NCBI RefSeq assembly: GCF_011745625.1
Contig: NW_027191461.1
Location: forward strand, 1-64,000
Direction: 5' to 3'
Source: Cladosporium halotolerans
Taxonomy: Eukaryota
Length of the DNA: 64,000 nucleotides
The position numbers and the translations under genes were made by a program. Every line of letters begins with the position of its first letter. The stretch's first letter is position 1. Below the pieces are notes generated by a model, which was given only the letters and a program-made list of their open reading frames with translations, had not been told where the DNA came from and did not search any database. This document shows, piece after piece, positions 58,165-64,000 of this stretch.

Positions 58165-59199
58165 ATGGGCTGGTTCTGGGGAAACAGCGACAACTCTCAA
58201 GGCTCAACCGCCACCAATGACCCCTACAGCAAACTCGACCCAGCGCTGCGCGAATTCCTCGAAAAAGAATCCCCTCTCAAATACATCGACACGCAACGGC
58301 AAACGCCCGCCTCCGACCCCTCACACCCCGACTACCGCGCCCAACTCGGTCTCGACAAGCCCGGCGTGAATCAAGAAAACCAGAACGCCGCCCCGCGCGC
58401 CGACAAGCCCGCCGTCCCGGCCGAATCCCTCTACCAAGACGGGCGCTACGCCCACCTCTGGGCGACCTACCGGCCGGAGAGCGAGATCCAAACAGCCTCG
58501 AAGTCGGACCAGGACCGCATGCGCGATGTGTTCGACGCGTACAGCGAGCGCAAGGCGGCGATCGGGCGCGCGGCGATCGAGAACTGCGTGATGGAGCAGA
58601 TCGCGGAGAAGGAGTGCTTCACGCACGGGTCGTGGGCGAAGCGCATGACCATGTGTCGCGAGGAGAACAGGGCCTTCCTGCGCTGCTACGAGATGCAGAG
58701 TCGGTTCTTGAAGGCGCTGGGGTACCTGAGCCAGCCGCGGAGTGCGGATGAGGAAGAGAGGATTCAGATGCATGCGGACAAGCTGTATCAGCAGATGCTG
58801 GATCGGGAGGCGGCGGCGGAGTTAGCGAAGAAAGAGGGCCTGGAGGCGCCGAAGGCCGCGCCGTTGATCAATGAGGAGGCGACTACGAAGGCGCTTGGGG
58901 AGGACAGTGCGTGGTCGAGGACGAGGAAGCAGGCGGCGGAGAAGAATATTTCTACGGCGCTGTCTTCATTCGCGCCGGAGAAGCAGGCGGCTATCAAGGA
59001 GAGGATCAAGAATATGAATCCGCAGGAGAAGGAGCTGGAGCTGCAGTTGATCGCGGCGGAGACAAGAGCACAGCTTGAGTATGCTGATCAGGTCAAGGGT
59101 GCTATGGATCAGGACAAACAAGACCGTGCAGCACGGAGAGAAAGAGGCAAGGAAACGCCAGGCGATACTCTGAAGCGACTTTGGGGTTGGGATCGGTGA
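58165..59199 (+). CDS. Conserved fungal protein with a twin CX9C motif
   Basis: 344-aa ORF starting MGWFWG; CVMEQIAEKEC-x12-CREENRAFLRC. Confidence 0.75.
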   Translation: MGWFWGNSDNSQGSTATNDPYSKLDPALREFLEKESPLKYIDTQRQTPASDPSHPDYRAQLGLDKPGVNQENQNAAPRADKPAVPAESLYQDGRYAHLWATYRPESEIQTASKSDQDRMRDVFDAYSERKAAIGRAAIENCVMEQIAEKECFTHGSWAKRMTMCREENRAFLRCYEMQSRFLKALGYLSQPRSADEEERIQMHADKLYQQMLDREAAAELAKKEGLEAPKAAPLINEEATTKALGEDSAWSRTRKQAAEKNISTALSSFAPEKQAAIKERIKNMNPQEKELELQLIAAETRAQLEYADQVKGAMDQDKQDRAARRERGKETPGDTLKRLWGWDR

Positions 59200-59332
59200 G
59201 CCTGGAGGAAGAGAGCAAAGCGTAGCAATGTGGGAGACAGGGTTACTCCCGTGTATAATTTACTGGACATGTCTACATAGCAATGATGAACTCTCGGTCG
59301 CGGTCCGTCAGTGGGATTCACAAGATTCAGAC

Positions 59333-60313
59333 CTACACTTTGACATCCAGCTTGAACCTGTTGAGCGGGCTTCCTCGCACACCAACATCAATCTTGAAGA
59401 CAGCACCTGCATGCTTCGTGCTCCAAGGGTACTTTTCCGGCTCCTCCTCCGCCGCGCTCGTGATCACAAGCTCCGTTCCGCAGAAAGCAGGGCAAGTGAC
59501 GCAGCGTGTGGGCAGCTCGATTTCAGCCAGCTTCTTGCCCTGCGGATCAATGCGGAAAACACGTGCAGTACCGTGGCAGGCGACCCAGAAGTTGCCCTCC
59601 TCATCCTGGCAGTGACCGTCAGGAACACCCCCTTCGACCGGGCACGTGAAGAGAGTGCTGGGCGATGAGAAGTCAATGTCGCCAGTCGCGGGGTTGTAAT
59701 CGTAAGTCGAGATCTTTTGAGTAGGCGAATCGGTGAAATGAACCTTCTTGTCATCCAGGTTCCAGCTGAGGCCGTTGGGGATGGTGACTTGCTTGCGCAC
59801 GCGATGCAGCGAGAGGTCGGAGTCGAGACGAAATAGGATGCCTTCGTCGGTAAGGTTGCCGTTCACAACCGTCGGGTCGTTCATGGTGCCCACGAAATAC
59901 CTGCCCGCAGCGTCGACCGCGCCGTCGTTGCTCCTCATCCTCTCCTCAAGCGTCCTGCCCACGCCGGGCTTTCCACCGCCATCCTCCTTCCTCTCCTCAT
60001 CCGTCCAGAATTTTTTGATCCATCTGGTCTCGCCTGTCTTGCGAGTGTAGATACCATATCCTAGCTTGCCACCGAAAATGAATTCCTCATCAGTGCCCTC
60101 AATGTCGGCGGTGGTACCAATGGAGTACTCCAGCTGCTGCTCCTTCAGTGAAGACTGGCCCTTCTCAAGTTCGACAAAGAAGATCTTTTTGTTGATGATA
60201 TCGACGAAGCGGAGGGTGTTGGTGCTTTTCTCCCAGAAGGGCGCCTCGCCCAGACCACAGGAGGTGGTGAGCCATGGCTCGGTGATGGTGTACTTTTTGA
60301 CTTCGTTGGCCAT
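59333..60313 (-). CDS. SMP-30/gluconolactonase/regucalcin family protein
   Basis: LGEAPFW, RSNDGAVDAAGRYFVGTM, IPNGLSW, PDGHCQDEEGNFWVA and VTCPAFCG..L.ITSA; probable start at MANEVKK. Confidence 0.92.
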   Translation of the reverse strand: MANEVKKYTITEPWLTTSCGLGEAPFWEKSTNTLRFVDIINKKIFFVELEKGQSSLKEQQLEYSIGTTADIEGTDEEFIFGGKLGYGIYTRKTGETRWIKKFWTDEERKEDGGGKPGVGRTLEERMRSNDGAVDAAGRYFVGTMNDPTVVNGNLTDEGILFRLDSDLSLHRVRKQVTIPNGLSWNLDDKKVHFTDSPTQKISTYDYNPATGDIDFSSPSTLFTCPVEGGVPDGHCQDEEGNFWVACHGTARVFRIDPQGKKLAEIELPTRCVTCPAFCGTELVITSAAEEEPEKYPWSTKHAGAVFKIDVGVRGSPLNRFKLDVKV

Positions 60314-63300
60314 GACAGAAGCTTGTGACAGGCTCGCAGCGACTATAAAATGTAAGTCTGTGAAGTAGAGGCACAGTGGCAAAAAGAAAATAGATTCGTA
60401 GAAGTTCCTACTTGTCCATATCAACAGAACAGTGCAACGTCATGTTTGCGGCTCTTTTCCCCACCAAAAGCTGCTGGACCCCTCAAAATGGGACGGCGGG
60501 GCGGCACCGACGGACCGCAACGAAGACCGACGCTCTTTTCGACCACGCCTCTTTCGCATGCTTGTCGACCGCAATCTAGACATAATCGTGATGGTACCTT
60601 ATTGATCGATCGAAACAGCAGCGCAGGGCCGCGAGCCGTACTTGCGACACAAGGCTTGCGGTTCTCGCCGAAAATCGCCTCGCTACAAACGAACGAATGG
60701 CAATAATAAATCCGCCAGATTCTCCATCCAGCCTATTACAGACGAGTGCGCCATTATTACGAAGCAATTTTGAAATTACTGCCGTCCTTGCGAATACGAG
60801 GCGAAACAACAAATCAGCCTTCTCTCCGGCCTTGCTCGGTCGCTCACAGACCTCATCATTGCTTTTCATCTCATCACATCTCCCAAATACACCGAACACT
60901 TCACCGTGCCAACACTAGCAATCACTAAACCCCCTTAGCCCTTATCATTACTGAACCAGCGCATCACCCTCAACACCCAACACCTCAAGCCCCCTTCCCA
61001 TCGATCACACAGCCCGGCGCTTACACACCACGCGCATGCACCCACGCATACGCGCCGTGATCGCCCGCTAACCCCACGCCGCCCTGCATGACACCTCACT
61101 CATGCAATGTGTAAAGACCGCCATGGCGCGCAGAACGCGTCTCCCATCCGCATGAAGGGCAGCGCGCCCCGCCCCACGCAGACATGTATGCAAGACACTC
61201 CGCCCGCCTGGCGAGGCTGACTGCTCTGACAGCCTCGATCCAGGCTTTCAGGGCGCGCGAAGAAACGGCTGCAGCGGGAGCGGCGTGGCACGCCTGGATT
61301 CGACCGAGCGGCCGGTCGGCCGCCTTGCAGACGGTGAGTGACAGCTGCGCTGGGCTGGTTGGCGTGTGTGGCGCGGCGGGGAGGGTGTGGTGTTGCCGCG
61401 CTGGTGGGATTGTGGGAGTCGAGGTGATGATGATGACGACGCCGCGTATGTACAGTACATACGGTGATGTCGACCAGCGCGTCCGTAGCGGCGGGCTCGA
61501 GGCCTGCGTTGGGTCGCATGCGCGGGCGGTCTTGTGACGAGCGATGCATGCGGGAGGGCGTTGAGCGGCCTTGCGTGCTGGGCTGGCTCGTGGGTGTGGG
61601 TTTGATTTGGCTGTTGGTCGTACTGCAGTTGAGGGACTTCGGGAGTGCTGCAGCGTCTGTTGGGTTCGCCCGACTTGGGTGTTACAGGTGCGACGGTTCG
61701 TGGGCCAGGTTTCGCCAGCGCGTGTCAGCGGGGTGTGGTGTGTTCATTTCGGCAGGTCCTGAGTGTCGGTGCTGTGGTAGCTGAGGATGGCTGTTCGTTT
61801 ACGGCACGGTGTTGATTGTACTGGAACGGAAGGGCTTCGGCGGAACATTGTGATGGAGGGTTGGCCAGGATCACAGTCCATCCTATCATTGAGGACTCGA
61901 AAATTTGATCGATGTTGGAATTCATACGCCTACCTATATTCTTCATGAGCTGTCGGCGCTCCCCAAGAGCGAGACGACGTTGGACGTAATGTCAATACTG
62001 CCACGCATCAAACCGGTCATCAAATATCGCTACAAGCTCACGGTACCTGCACTACCCGGCGATACTTGCTCGTACATTGACGCACAAACGAAGGTACCCA
62101 ATGAAGAGCCGCATCGCGCAACCCATACACAAAGAAACGGGGCAGAGTCGGCTACACGCATCTACATCCCACCGTCGCGGCATTCCAGCAAGCCCTCGAT
62201 CGCGTCACACGTAACCGTTCGCCGCTGCGCCGCGAAAACGGGTTGCGCCGTCATCCAGATGCTTTTGGTAAGAGATCCGAGATTCCAGGCGCCACGAGGA
62301 AGGCGGGAGGGATGGAGCGTCGTGCGAAAAGAGTAGGGTCCGGCCGGGCGACTCCGCGTCTACAGTAGTGCGATGGTGGAAGTTGAGTTATTAGAATGAT
62401 GGATTTCGCCGAGCGGGCGAAGTGCGTCGCGTGCGAAGCCGCGTGCTCGTCGTGCCACGTGCGAAACGGCTTCCCGAGCCGTCCAATTCCTTCTGCGCGT
62501 GGCCTTCGCGAGGTATGCACATAGCCGCGGGATTATTATGGGCCGCCGGCGATACTACCGTGTCAATAAAGCATCGTTAGAATTCATACTGACGGCATGG
62601 ATGCCCCCGCTGACGGCGCGCCCTCCGCTCTCTTGTTGGCAGACGGATAACCCGGCTGTTGTCGACGCCAACTGCCGCGCCGCTGAGGCGCTCCATCCGC
62701 GAGACAAGAAGACGAAGCCACAAACGCGCGCGTGCGCAGAACGGGAGCTGCAGCCGTGCCAGGGCTGCGTATCAAGGTTCGCAGCTAGAAGGTGGCTTCT
62801 AGCTGCGAACTCATTTACACGAGGCGATGGCGCCCCGCAATATCGCAGATAACGTTTCTGACATGATTACGAATTTATGACTTTCAAAAAAAGCCGCAGA
62901 TCAGGCCCCAGCGACGAATACAAAAGCGGAGCTGCTAGAGAAATTGGGGTGCCGTCAAACACGTGGACTTCGCGCGCGCCGGGGATTTGTACCAGGTGAA
63001 ACTGCAGCACACTTTACCCGGAGGAGCGGGTTCGCCCTAGATACAGTACTACCGTTCTAGGTGTACCATACCGCACAGGAGCTTTCCCCGCCCCTTCCAC
63101 TGTGCATGCAAGCCACCGAACGGAAGCTTGCGCCATTTCCACGCGCTCGCTTAGATTCGCGGCGCAGGAACCGTTTCGGTTTTGGGAGCTGCAAGGCGGG
63201 TGGCTGGTTGGGGCGTAAGCGTGCCGGGGAAAGGAGGATGAGGGTGGGCGGGTGGGAAGCTGGGTGGATGCGAGGGCCGCGCCGGCCTGCGTGGGCGCGC

Positions 63301-64000
63301 GGATGTTCGCATGGACGTTGACTGCTGGCAGCGCGTGGCTGATCGCGGTGACAAGTCGCTACTCGCATGGCGTGGCGAGATGAGCCTTTCGCTACGGTAG
63401 TTGATTCGTGGGGCGATTCCCGACGTCGCACGACATCAAGCATGTCTCGCGTGCCCGCCGCCGGGGAACCTGGGACGCATGGGAGCGTGCAGTTTGCAGG
63501 TCAACGGCAGACGGCAGGCCCCCAGGGCGCGAATCCACTGAGCAAGCGTCCAGGCTAATTAGAAAGCTGCTGACTTCGCGCTGCAACCTCAATACGAGCT
63601 CCGCTTCAGCGCCAGGATCGAGATCCCTCCAGTTCGCTTAGGCAGGCGTGGAATATACGACACGTGCGCGGTGGGAACCAGGCGTGCCAGGAATGCAACG
63701 CTAGCGGGGGGCACGAGGCGAGCGTCATTTTGCGGACGCTAGAAGGCGTGGGAAGGCACCAGCACGGGCGCAGGCGGGCTGCTGCCGGAGCGTCCAGCAA
63801 CAAGTACCTCATGTATGCGAGGCACAGGCGGGAGTGAGACAAGCAGAAACGGGAGCTCATTTCGCACGCAACTAGGGCTGAAGTCGTGCCTGGCCGCGGC
63901 GGGATGGTGTGACGCGGGCGGCGCGCGCAGAGGCCCGCGTCTGCGCTTCTGGCTTGAACCACGTGCGGCGCCGTCACTGCGGCAGTAGCTCCGGCCTAGC

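Noticed and set aside
60812..60880. Minus-strand RTGATGA...CTGA resembling a C/D snoRNA
   Set aside because: Short, no convincing terminal stem and no rRNA-complementary guide that I can recognise
1..64000. tRNA, rRNA, CRISPR arrays and transposons
   Set aside because: No cloverleaf with A/B boxes, rRNA motifs, spaced direct repeats, TIR/LTR pairs or transposase/RT motifs seen by eye; short or degraded elements could be missed

Overview
Gene-dense 64-kb window from a filamentous ascomycete (Pezizomycotina; short GT-AG introns with CTRAC branch sites; species not determinable). It holds about 24 intact protein-coding genes. These are mostly housekeeping: CCC1/VIT1 3' end, GPI14, ERV14, CDC40/PRP17, con-6, mitochondrial TyrRS, Dicer-like 1, TAP42, FIP1, NUP49-like, a CLC channel, VMA16, cnxE, a TBC Rab-GAP, an HRI-like eIF2-alpha kinase, CCT1, RAD2 and SMP-30. 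Also present are two sugar transporters and a divergent phenol-monooxygenase/P450 pair. Three pseudogenes are clear: a divergent LCB1 (serine palmitoyltransferase) copy and two P450 3' halves joined back-to-back. The most notable unexplained signals are (i) a 448-nt, extensively base-paired first intron in the NUP49-like gene that may host a structured ncRNA, and (ii) recurrent sharp C-rich to G/T-rich strand-skew switches that ignore gene orientation. No tRNA, rRNA, CRISPR or recognisable transposon was found. All calls come from reading the sequence and recognising motifs; no searches were run.
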